From: Bacillota bacterium
GTDB lineage: Bacteria > Bacillota > Sulfobacillia > JAMDAP01 > JAJYMS01
NCBI GenBank assembly: GCA_021786825.1
Contig: JAJYMS010000134.1
Coordinates: 2,470 to 66,469, forward strand
DNA: 64,000 bases
Reading direction: 5' to 3'
Part shown: positions 1 to 7,313 of the stretch, piece by piece
Numbering within the stretch: the first letter of the stretch is position 1
Layout of the letters: the number at the start of each line of letters is the position of its first letter
Program-made: the position numbers and the translations under genes
The notes under the pieces: generated by a model
What the model saw: only the letters and a program-made list of their open reading frames with translations
Database searches by the model: none
Told to the model about the DNA's origin: nothing

Positions 1-75
1 TGATAGCACAGCCAGGCGCCAAAGACAAGGTTGAACCGCCGCCATTCGCCCGCCGCTTTGCCGCGCCAGGCTTGC

Positions 76-105
76 TTGACGGCGCCGCTTGGGCGATGCT
101 ATGCT
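76..105 (+). promoter_or_regulatory. candidate sigma-A-type promoter of tRNA-Ser
   Basis: TTGACG (76-81), an 18-nt spacer, then TATGCT (100-105). The -10 element ends about 12 nt upstream of the mature tRNA 5' end at 118. Confidence 0.35.
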
Positions 106-117
106 GCAAGCAAAGTC

Positions 118-207
118 GGAGGAGTGCGAGAGCGGTTTAATCGAGCGGTCTTGAAAACCGTCGAGGGTGCAAGCCCTCCGTGGGTTCGAATCCCACCTCC
201 TCCGCCA
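118..207 (+). tRNA. tRNA-Ser (anticodon UGA), 90 nt with encoded CCA
   Basis: Acceptor stem GGAGGAG/CTCCTCC, anticodon stem GCGGT/ACCGT with loop CTTGAAA (anticodon TGA), long variable arm, T-loop TTCGAATC, discriminator G, then CCA. Confidence 0.93.
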
Positions 208-210
208 CCT
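150..210 (+). repeat. attL core (61-bp direct repeat, part of the functional tRNA-Ser)
   Basis: CTTGAAAACCGTCGAGGGTGCAAGCCCTCCGTGGGTTCGAATCCCACCTCCTCCGCCACCT is identical to 16594-16654. The flanking bases differ on both sides. Confidence 0.92.
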
Positions 211-263
211 ATCAACGTCTTGAGGTTCTGGCTCTTATTGGTAGAAAGCGTCCGATAGCCCAT

Positions 264-282
264 CTGCAAACATTTTGCAAAC
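264..282. promoter_or_regulatory. att-arm palindromic motif CTGCAAACATTTTGCAAAC (candidate recombination-directionality or integrase arm site)
   Basis: Inverted repeat TGCAAA-N3-TTTGCA located 54 bp inside attL. The same 19-mer with one mismatch occurs at 16456-16474, 120 bp inside attR. Confidence 0.4.
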
Positions 283-287
283 ATCGG

Positions 288-328
288 CAAAAGAATATGG
301 ACACCGGCACCCCTCAGTACCGGTGTCC
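288..328 (-). terminator. rho-independent terminator downstream of the integrase gene
   Basis: Hairpin GGACACCGG (299-307) / CCGGTGTCC (320-328). On the minus strand it is followed by ATATTCTTTT. Confidence 0.5.
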
Positions 329-344
329 ATGAAGAACCAGGGCC

Positions 345-1505
345 TCAGCTCTGGCGTATCTTCTGGGAAGCAGCCCGTAGCGCGGTGTCAATGCGGCGGG
401 CTGCTTCTTCTTGTAGGCCGGGGAGAACGTGGCTGTAGGTGTCCAGGGTGATCCCGACGGTGGAATGCCCGAGACGCTCAGAGACCACCTTGGGATGGAT
501 GCCTGCGCGAAGAAGCTGACTGGCGTGGCCGTGGCGGAGGTCATGGAAGCGGATGCCCGGGTAGCCGGCCCTCCGGACGACATACCTGAAGGCGTTGGTG
601 AGCGCGCCCGGGCTCCAGGGCTGGCCATCAGGCTGTGCGCAGACAAGGCCGTTGTCCTGGTAGCCCGGTCCCAGCAGAAGTTTTTGCTTCGCCTGCTCCG
701 CTTTATGGCGGCGCAAGCCTTCGACCGCCAATGGGGGAAGAGCGATAACCCGGCGGCTCTTTTGGGTCTTGGGCTGCTTGAAGCGGCACCCCTCCCGCGT
801 CTGCTCCATGGACTGGCGGACGGCCAACGTGCCCGCCCTCAGGTCCACGTCTTGCCACCGGAGGGCCAGGATCTCGCCGCGCCGCATCCCGGTAGTGGCG
901 GCCAACAGGACGGGGAGATACAAGCGGCCCCCTTTCACGGCCTCCAGGAGGCGGGCGGTCGCTTCTTCGTCCAAGGTGCGCGTCTCGTGCCGCCGGGGAC
1001 GCGGCGGTTCCACGGCGTCCGCAGGGTTCCGGGCGAGAAGTTGCCATTTCACGGCCTGACGGAGAGCCTCCCTCAGGACCCGGTGATGGTGGAGGACGGT
1101 TTGCGCCGACAGGCCGCCCTGACCGTCCCGGCGCCCTGACTGGAGGGCCTGGCTGTAATAGGTCTGAATATGCAGCGGCTGAAGACGGGCCAGCGGATGC
1201 CCACCCAAGGCCGGCGCCAGGTGAACCTTGACGATCTCCGCGTACCGCTCGGCCGTTTTGGGTGCCACGTTGGTCTTGGCGTAGTGCTCAAGCCACTGAC
1301 CCAGGTACTCGCTCACCGTGAACTTACTCGGCTCGACGTAGGCACCGGTGTTGAGTTCGTGCAGGACCCGCGTGAGTTCCCGCTCGGCATCCTTTCGCGT
1401 TCGAAAACCACCCTGCCACTTCTGCCGGCGCTTGCCGCCCGAACCCCGGCCAAGATCGAGAACGAAAACCCAGGTGCCCCCCCGCTGCCGGACGTGACCC
1501 TTCAC
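345..1505 (-). CDS. int: tyrosine-type site-specific integrase (phage integrase family)
   Basis: 386 aa. It has an N-terminal SAM-like/arm-binding region. The C-terminal catalytic signature is ...RRGEILALRW...HDLRHGHAS...LGHSTVGITLDTYSHV (R..HxxR..Y). It lies directly beside the target tRNA. Confidence 0.93.
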   Translation of the reverse strand: MKGHVRQRGGTWVFVLDLGRGSGGKRRQKWQGGFRTRKDAERELTRVLHELNTGAYVEPSKFTVSEYLGQWLEHYAKTNVAPKTAERYAEIVKVHLAPALGGHPLARLQPLHIQTYYSQALQSGRRDGQGGLSAQTVLHHHRVLREALRQAVKWQLLARNPADAVEPPRPRRHETRTLDEEATARLLEAVKGGRLYLPVLLAATTGMRRGEILALRWQDVDLRAGTLAVRQSMEQTREGCRFKQPKTQKSRRVIALPPLAVEGLRRHKAEQAKQKLLLGPGYQDNGLVCAQPDGQPWSPGALTNAFRYVVRRAGYPGIRFHDLRHGHASQLLRAGIHPKVVSERLGHSTVGITLDTYSHVLPGLQEEAARRIDTALRAASQKIRQS

Positions 1506-1509
1506 CTAA

Positions 1510-2592
1510 TCATTCGCCCCCTTTCGCGTTTGCGTTTGGTTTGCATTCTCCTGGCGATCCTTTGGTGACGCGGGTTTTAGGTGCCTCGCCGGATTGGGAA
1601 ACCGTCGAGGGACCGTTGTCTCCCCTCTCCCTGGGCGGCCCTGCCCTTCCCCTGCCGGCCTCCTCCCTCTTCTTTCGCCGGAACCGGCGCAGGCGCTCCG
1701 CCGCGGCGCATTCCTTCCGGCAATAGACCTGCTTCTCTCGGCTGGGCGAAAAGAAGCGGTGGCAGGCCGCATTGGCGCACTGCCTAACCGGAAGTGAGCC
1801 CGCCATGTCCAAGGAAAGCATCAGGTACATCGCTGCCAGAAGGTCCGAGGTTCTCCACGTCTGCACCGCCTCCCCGTTTTTGAACTCGAGGTCTGGCCAC
1901 ACGCGCCCCAGCAATTTCCTGCTGGTGAGGGCGGTTAGCAGAGCCTCTCCCCGCTCCAGGGGTGTCTCGGTTGAGGCTGCTCCAGGGCGGCCTTCAGCCG
2001 CTTGCGGCATGAGTCCTCGAAGAAAGGCTTCGTCCCTATCTTTGTGTGCTCGCCATATGCGAAGGGCCTGCCTCATCCAACGGACCTCCTCGCGGAAGTC
2101 CTCCAATCGCTCCGACCTCTCCGCCTTGAGCGAAACTATCGCTGCTTGAGCCAGACGGTTCCTAATGGTCTCCGCTTTCATCTCCTCTTCCAAGAGGTTG
2201 GACCGCTCGGCTTCAGGCAGGCCCTCCACAATCCGGACCAAGTGTGCGGTCGGGGCGTCAGCAAACCCCTCTTCCTCTATGGCCCTACCGAGGATAGAAC
2301 CAAGCGCCAAGGCGCGCCTGGTGTCGCGCCTGGCGGCCGCGATTACCTCGGTTTCCATTTCCTTGACCTTCCTGAGTTCGAGTCCCAGAAGGCCGTACCG
2401 GCCGACAAACGCCTTTATGGCCTCCTCGTCCTGATCGTCAAGCGATGCGAATTCGTAATGCAGGCCGGGCGCTTCTCCCCTTGGATGGTAGTGGTCAAAC
2501 GGATCGTACCTGTCTTGGACATGCACCAGGTGGATCCACCCGTCTTCGATGACCGCAACCCCACGCCGTTGTCCCATGGTGAACGGTTTCAT
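1510..2592 (-). CDS. hypothetical protein with C-terminal Cys-cluster (CGNR-like zinc finger) and basic tail, in the position of a lysogeny repressor
   Basis: 360 aa from ATG 2592, with GGGAGG 5 nt upstream (the ORF track extends to 2616). The C-terminus reads CANAACHRFFSPSREKQVYCRKEC followed by an RRFRRKKREE basic tail. The gene is divergent from the XRE gene. Confidence 0.7.
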   Translation of the reverse strand: MKPFTMGQRRGVAVIEDGWIHLVHVQDRYDPFDHYHPRGEAPGLHYEFASLDDQDEEAIKAFVGRYGLLGLELRKVKEMETEVIAAARRDTRRALALGSILGRAIEEEGFADAPTAHLVRIVEGLPEAERSNLLEEEMKAETIRNRLAQAAIVSLKAERSERLEDFREEVRWMRQALRIWRAHKDRDEAFLRGLMPQAAEGRPGAASTETPLERGEALLTALTSRKLLGRVWPDLEFKNGEAVQTWRTSDLLAAMYLMLSLDMAGSLPVRQCANAACHRFFSPSREKQVYCRKECAAAERLRRFRRKKREEAGRGRAGPPRERGDNGPSTVSQSGEAPKTRVTKGSPGECKPNANAKGGE

Positions 2593-2603
2593 GGCGGCCT
2601 CCC

Positions 2604-2618
2604 TTTTGCAACGCAAAA
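2604..2618. promoter_or_regulatory. candidate operator palindrome in the divergent regulatory region
   Basis: TTTTGC-AAC-GCAAAA inverted repeat between the divergent genes 1510-2592(-) and 2707-2994(+). It shares the TTTGCAA/GCAAAAC half-site with the att-arm motifs. A second palindrome, TTCGCGAA, lies at 2635-2642. Confidence 0.3.
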
Positions 2619-2706
2619 CGAGACTCTAGACAGTTTCGCGAACGCTCGTTACTCTAAAACTAGCACTCGAACAACGTGAAGTCAAGCAAAGGGGGCGTGG
2701 GTCTTG

Positions 2707-2994
2707 ATGCGTTTAACAAAAGAGCGAATTGCGAGGGGCTGGAGTAAGAACGTCCTCGCCCGGGAAGCGAAAATCACGCCGGCGGACATGTCAAAAATCG
2801 AGTTGAGGCGGATCATTCCGTACGCCGTGCAGTTGCGTAGAATTGCCGCCGCGTTGGGCTTTCCCCAAGAACAGGCTGAAGAACTGCTTCAAGACGTCAA
2901 GGAGGTTCAAAACGATGCAATCGGCGCGGCTCGAGGATCTGCCGGAGGTGCTGACCCCTGCCGAAGCCGCCCGAATCCTGCGGCTGGGGCGTAA
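2707..2994 (+). CDS. XRE-family (Cro/CI-type) helix-turn-helix transcriptional regulator
   Basis: About 95 aa. The sequence MRLTKERIARGWSKNVLAREAKITPADMSKIELRRIIPY is a typical HTH_3 pattern. An AAAGGGGG RBS lies upstream of ATG 2707. Confidence 0.75.
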   Translation: MRLTKERIARGWSKNVLAREAKITPADMSKIELRRIIPYAVQLRRIAAALGFPQEQAEELLQDVKEVQNDAIGAARGSAGGADPCRSRPNPAAGA

Positions 2995-3106
2995 CAGCAT
3001 TTATACCGCCCTGGCCCGGGGGGATATCCCCTCGCTCAGGGTCGGCCGCAAACTGCTCGTTCCCCGGGCGGCCCTCGAACGGCTGCTCAAGGCGGACGCC
3101 CGATGA
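2915..3106 (+). CDS. excisionase-type (MerR-like HTH_17) DNA-binding protein
   Basis: 63 aa from ATG 2915, with AAGGAGG 8 nt upstream. The sequence LTPAEAARILRLGRNSIYTALARGDIPSLRVGRKLLVPRAALERLL matches the helix-turn-helix excisionase family pattern. Confidence 0.75.
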   Translation: MQSARLEDLPEVLTPAEAARILRLGRNSIYTALARGDIPSLRVGRKLLVPRAALERLLKADAR

Positions 3107-3357
3107 TGCTCGGGCCGGCCTTGGCGGCCAGGAGACGGCGGCTGCTTCGCATTTTTTACCCCGTGCCCGACCCCTTCGACTCCGCAGAAAGTTGGGCGCA
3201 GTTCGCTCACCAGGACCTGGCGGCGATGGCCCGGGCCAACCTGCTCAGGGAACGGGACCGGGTGAGATTCGTGTTACTTTTCGACGATAAGCCCGACTCG
3301 TGGTACCTCGAGCGCTTGGTTGAGATCACCGCCCGGTTGGAGGAACAAACCCCGTGA
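3103..3357 (+). CDS. hypothetical protein
   Basis: 84-aa ORF. It overlaps the stop of the upstream gene and the start of the downstream gene by 4 nt each (translational coupling). No motif was recognised. Confidence 0.55.
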   Translation: MMLGPALAARRRRLLRIFYPVPDPFDSAESWAQFAHQDLAAMARANLLRERDRVRFVLLFDDKPDSWYLERLVEITARLEEQTP

Positions 3358-5900
3358 TGCGTGAGAATGCAGTCAACCCAAGAGCGTTGCCGCGTGGCGT
3401 ACGCGCCGATGCCGACGAGGTACGCGAAGCCGCTTGTGGTCACTGGCTCGACATCCTGTCTGCGCTTGGGCCGGCTTTGGCGGAAGCCTGCGGCCGAGTT
3501 GGCAAACACGTCCCCTGCCCAGTCCACGGTGGCAGGGACGGCTTCAGGCTGTTCAGTGACGCAGCGCAAACTGGCGGTGGTGTTTGCAACACATGTGGCG
3601 ACCGGGCGAACGGCTTCGCGGTGCTGCAGTGGGTCAACAACTGGGACTTTCCGCGAACCCTGGAGGAGGTGGCCGGATTCCTCCGCCTTGGTTGCGCCGC
3701 CGTCGCGGTCAGGTCCGCGCCCCGCCCGGCGGAAGCGCAAAGAGAAGCGGGTGATGAGGCCGCACGCCGGCGACGGCTGGAGGCCCTCTGGGGCGAAAGT
3801 GAGCCCGACCCCGGCCGGGTGGCCGAATACCTGCGGCACCGCGGCCTGGCCGGAGTAGTGCCCTGCACCCTTCGCTTGCACCCTGCGCTGGGCTACTTCG
3901 ATGACAAAGCGCAGCACCTCGGCAACTTTCCGGCCGTCCTCGCCCAGGTGCAGCGGCTGGACGGAGAAGTAGCAGCAATCCTGCGAACCTACCTGGACCC
4001 GGCCGGCCCGGGCAAGGCCCCCGTGGACAAACCAAAGAAGCTGACCCCCTCTGTCCGGGCCGGGGCCACACGAGGCGCTGCAATCCACCTGGCCGAGCCA
4101 GGCGAAACCCTGGCCCTGGCCGAGGGGATCGAAACGGCCCTGGCGGTCATGGAGGCCACGGGCGTGCCCGCTTGGGCCGGGGTCAGCGCGGGCGGCCTGG
4201 AGGCCGTCGAACTCCCGCCCCACGTCCACCAGGTCAAGGTATGGGCTGACCACGACGCCAGCGGGGTGGGCCAGCAGGCGGCCGCATCCCTGGCCGCCCG
4301 GCTACACGCCAAAGGGAAAAGGGTGTTGATGATGGTGCCACCCAGAGAGGGCGAAGATTGGCTTGACGTGCTAAACGAGGCGGGCCCGGACGCACTGCGG
4401 GCCGCCCAGGCAGGGGCGGTCCCCTGGGAGCCCGGAGACGGCGCAGAGGCGGAGGACGCGGCCGGCGAGGAAGAGGCCCCGCCAGGGGTTGCCGGGGAGG
4501 ACGTGGCCCCGCTTCCAACCGAAGTCCTGCCCGGCATGTTGGCCCGGTTTGTTGAAGAAGCTGCAGAAGCCATCCCGTGCCCAACGGATTTCGTTGCGGT
4601 GCCCCTCTTGGCCCTGGCCGGCGCGGCAATAGGGACAAGCCGCGTGTTGCAAATCAAACCCGGCTGGCGTGAAGGGCCGCGCCTTTACGCTCCCATCGTG
4701 GCCGACCCCGGCAGCGGGAAAAGTCCGGCCCTCGACCTGGTGGCCCGCCCGGTGTACGAAAGGCAAAAAGTCCTGGCCGGGCAGTTCGAGGTACTGGAGC
4801 ACGCTCACAAGGACGAGATAGCCCGGTACGAGGTTGAACTGCGCACGTGGGAAGAGCGGGCGCGGCTGGCTGCAAAGGGCAAAGGCGCGGATCCCGGGCC
4901 GAAGCCCGAGGAACCGGCAGGCCCAACGATGGCCCGGGTCTTCACGGGCGATACGACCGTCGAGGCCCTGGCCGGCCTCATGCGGGATAATCCCCGGGGT
5001 TTGGCCTTGATCCGCGACGAACTGACCGGCTGGGTACGGGGAATGAATCAGTACAAAGCCGGCAAGGGCGCCGACAAGCAATTCTATCTCTCCGCCTGGA
5101 GCGGCGCCCCTTACCCCGTAGACCGCAAAAGCGGCCCGCCTGTCTTGCTCTTCGACCCCTTCTTGAACGTGGTTGGGTGCATCCCCCCCGACCTGCTCGA
5201 CGAGCTGACCGACGAGCGGGGCCGTGAAGACGGCTTCGTGCACCGCCTGCTGTTTGCCTACCCAGACGCCGTGCCCCGGCGCTGGACCGAGACCACGGTT
5301 TCCGAAGAAGCCCAGAACGCCTGGCGTCGGGCACTGGATGCCCTGTGGCGTCTAGAACCCGCGGTGGACCGCGACGGGAAGCCTGAACCCGTGGCGCTTC
5401 CCTTCAGTGAGGAAGGCAAACGGGCCTGGGTGGAGTTTTGCGACGCGCACTACAGCAAGTTAGCGGACCCGTCTTTCCCGGTCCACCTGCGGGGGGCCTG
5501 GGCGAAACTGGACGGCTACTGCGCCCGCTTGGCGCTGATTCTCCAGGAATTGCGCCGCGCCTGCGGCGAGGCCAATAGCGAGGCCGTGGACACGGTCAGC
5601 GTCACGGGTGCGTGGGCCCTGGTGGACTATTTCAAGAACCACGCCCGGCGGGTGTACCGCCGTCTGCGGGCCGACGCCGATGACAAGCGAGCCGAGGGCG
5701 CGGCCAACTGGATCAAGGCTCGGGGTGGAGAGTGCCGGGCCAGGGACCTTATCGCCTATGGCGTGGCTGGGGTCAAGAAAGCGTCCCAGGCCCAGAAGTT
5801 GTTAGAAGACTTGGTTGATCGTGGCCTGGGGAGGCTCGAAGAGCGACCGCCACGCGGTGGACGAGGGAGACCCTCAACATGGTTCGCGCTCGCGCAGTGA
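3354..5900 (+). CDS. primase/helicase-like replication protein (zinc-binding + Toprim-like + DUF3987-like P-loop region)
   Basis: 848 aa. It has an N-terminal zinc motif (CPVHGG...CNTCG), a central Toprim-like segment (LAEGIETALA...VWADHDASG) and a C-terminal degenerate Walker A (ADPGSGKS), as in P4-alpha/DUF3987-type primase-helicases. Confidence 0.88.
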   Translation: MMRENAVNPRALPRGVRADADEVREAACGHWLDILSALGPALAEACGRVGKHVPCPVHGGRDGFRLFSDAAQTGGGVCNTCGDRANGFAVLQWVNNWDFPRTLEEVAGFLRLGCAAVAVRSAPRPAEAQREAGDEAARRRRLEALWGESEPDPGRVAEYLRHRGLAGVVPCTLRLHPALGYFDDKAQHLGNFPAVLAQVQRLDGEVAAILRTYLDPAGPGKAPVDKPKKLTPSVRAGATRGAAIHLAEPGETLALAEGIETALAVMEATGVPAWAGVSAGGLEAVELPPHVHQVKVWADHDASGVGQQAAASLAARLHAKGKRVLMMVPPREGEDWLDVLNEAGPDALRAAQAGAVPWEPGDGAEAEDAAGEEEAPPGVAGEDVAPLPTEVLPGMLARFVEEAAEAIPCPTDFVAVPLLALAGAAIGTSRVLQIKPGWREGPRLYAPIVADPGSGKSPALDLVARPVYERQKVLAGQFEVLEHAHKDEIARYEVELRTWEERARLAAKGKGADPGPKPEEPAGPTMARVFTGDTTVEALAGLMRDNPRGLALIRDELTGWVRGMNQYKAGKGADKQFYLSAWSGAPYPVDRKSGPPVLLFDPFLNVVGCIPPDLLDELTDERGREDGFVHRLLFAYPDAVPRRWTETTVSEEAQNAWRRALDALWRLEPAVDRDGKPEPVALPFSEEGKRAWVEFCDAHYSKLADPSFPVHLRGAWAKLDGYCARLALILQELRRACGEANSEAVDTVSVTGAWALVDYFKNHARRVYRRLRADADDKRAEGAANWIKARGGECRARDLIAYGVAGVKKASQAQKLLEDLVDRGLGRLEERPPRGGRGRPSTWFALAQ

Positions 5901-5904
5901 TTAC

Positions 5905-6115
5905 TCGACCCAGCACACTACACAAATGCCTGGCGCTTACAACCACAAGGGTTATAAGTGCTGACGCCCACCCAGCACGCACCCAGCAGTTTTCCGGTGT
6001 GGCCGGGAGATAGAGAAAAGTGCTGGTTAAGTGCTGGGTAACTGCTGGGTACCGTTCAGCAGGTATAGCCCTAGAGCCACAAGGGTTTGGGGTAAGTTGC
6101 AGGGTGCTGGGTTGA
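5905..6115. repeat. iteron cluster, candidate replication origin of the element
   Basis: CCCAGCAC/G appears at 5909, 5971 and 5982. Its complement GTGCTGG(G/T) appears at 6020, 6031, 6043 (CTGCTGGG) and 6104. Three of these form 11-bp tandem units at 6018-6050. CCACAAGGGTT is repeated at 5943 and 6077. A locally AT-richer segment lies around 6005-6035. The cluster sits immediately 3' of the primase-helicase gene. Confidence 0.5.
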
Positions 6116-6148
6116 GTAGTGAGGGAAAAAACGGCGGAGGTGATCCTC

Positions 6149-6586
6149 GTGGGTAAGGGATTGGACATGTTCCGGGCACTGAAAGCCCAGCAGAGCCTCT
6201 TGGACATCGCAAGGGCCGTCCCCATCCCTCCGTCCTCCCCGCTGGCGGCGCCGGCCGAAGCACCAGCGCAAGGCCCTCTTTACACCGAACGGGACCTGGA
6301 GGCGATTCGCGCTTTGTTTCTGCCCATGTGCTCCGGGGCCGCCTACCTGGCACAGCCCACCCCGCAACATGACGTTTGGGTGCTGCGCGAAGGCGGCCGG
6401 TGGGCGGCCTGGGCCGGGTGGCACCCCTGGCGGCATGCCGAGGAGGAAGGCCCCCGGGTGCCGGCCAAGGAGTGGGACTTGTACCAGGGCCCCGACTTCC
6501 GCAGGGCGTTGAGGGCAGCGGCCGTGTTCGCCGCCGGGGCCACCAGGTGGCAGAAACCGCCCCGCCGGGGACGTGGGCCGGCGTGA
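6149..6586 (+). CDS. hypothetical protein
   Basis: GTG 6149 has GGAGG 8 nt upstream (the ORF track starts at 6119). The third codon position is GC-rich throughout. No motif was recognised, and the start is uncertain (ATG 6167 is an alternative). Confidence 0.45.
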   Translation: MGKGLDMFRALKAQQSLLDIARAVPIPPSSPLAAPAEAPAQGPLYTERDLEAIRALFLPMCSGAAYLAQPTPQHDVWVLREGGRWAAWAGWHPWRHAEEEGPRVPAKEWDLYQGPDFRRALRAAAVFAAGATRWQKPPRRGRGPA

Positions 6587-6636
6587 ACGCCTGCGGCGGG
6601 GGATCGGGCGGCCAGGCGAAGAACGAAGGAGGAACG

Positions 6637-7050
6637 ATGATCGTGACGCGAGACGAGCTACAAAAAGAACTGGAGGAGGCCCAACGCCTTCGGGCCGACC
6701 TGGAACGCAACTTGGCGGCCCTGGTGCCGGCGCTGGACCTGGAGCGAGACCTTCTCCCTCCGGCCACCGTCACCCAGGTGGTGAACCGGTTGGCCGCCTT
6801 GGGGTCTAAGAGGGCCGCAATCCACGCTAAACTTGAAGCATGCCAGTTCATCGAGTCCCAGCTTGCGGCCGGCCTCGAGCGGCTGGAGGCTACCGAAAAG
6901 GCGGCCGCCACCAAGGCCCGGGAAGAGGCCCTGGCCGCCCAGGGCCGGGAGGCGCTTGACGCCCTGCGCCAGGCCAGCAGCCCGGTTGAGCAGGCGGCCG
7001 CCTTGCACCGCCTCAGCAAAATCAGAACCGCCCAAGGGAGCGTGAAGTAG
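6637..7050 (+). CDS. hypothetical coiled-coil protein
   Basis: 137 aa from ATG 6637, with a GAAGGAGG RBS. The sequence is heptad-like and Ala/Glu/Leu/Arg-rich (ELQKELEEAQRLRADLERNLAAL...). The longer ORF-track version (6376) has an Arg/Gly/Pro-rich, non-protein-like N-terminus. Confidence 0.6.
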   Translation: MIVTRDELQKELEEAQRLRADLERNLAALVPALDLERDLLPPATVTQVVNRLAALGSKRAAIHAKLEACQFIESQLAAGLERLEATEKAAATKAREEALAAQGREALDALRQASSPVEQAAALHRLSKIRTAQGSVK

Positions 7051-7239
7051 GTGCCCAATCTCAATAATCTGCACCGCGAAAAGCAAGGAAAATGTCTCGT
7101 CCTAATACCCGCCTCGAGTCTGCCTGGTATCTGCGCCGTGCAAGGCCACGGCCGCGAACTGGCCCTGGTCCTGCAAGGTGCGCTGATCAAGATCGAGGGC
7201 GAGGTGTTCCTGGAGGTTCACAAGATCGAACTCAAATAA
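7051..7239 (+). CDS. hypothetical small protein
   Basis: 62-aa ORF starting at a GTG immediately after the upstream stop codon. Its composition is protein-like, unlike the overlapping frame 7092-7313. Confidence 0.4.
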   Translation: MPNLNNLHREKQGKCLVLIPASSLPGICAVQGHGRELALVLQGALIKIEGEVFLEVHKIELK

Positions 7240-7313
7240 GCAGCCCCCTCCTGGCCGGTGGTGCCTCCACGGGCCGGGGGGCAGCCCCAAAAAAAGAAAG
7301 GTGGTTTGGTGCA

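Noticed and set aside
3207-7190. Long minus-strand ORFs inside the element (3207-4253, 3989-4657, 4371-5243, 5773-6225, 6027-7190).
   Set aside because: They are antisense to the primase/helicase gene and to the plus-strand ORFs, with Arg/Pro/Ser-rich composition and no RBS. ORFs 5773-6225 and 6027-7190 also run through the iteron cluster.
7092-7313. Upstream extension of the HxH protein ORF, and the hairpin-like sequence at 7243-7290.
   Set aside because: The extension translates to Arg/Pro/Gly-rich sequence and overlaps the better 62-aa ORF. The imperfect hairpin is followed by an A-run on the plus strand, not a U-tract, so it is not called a terminator.
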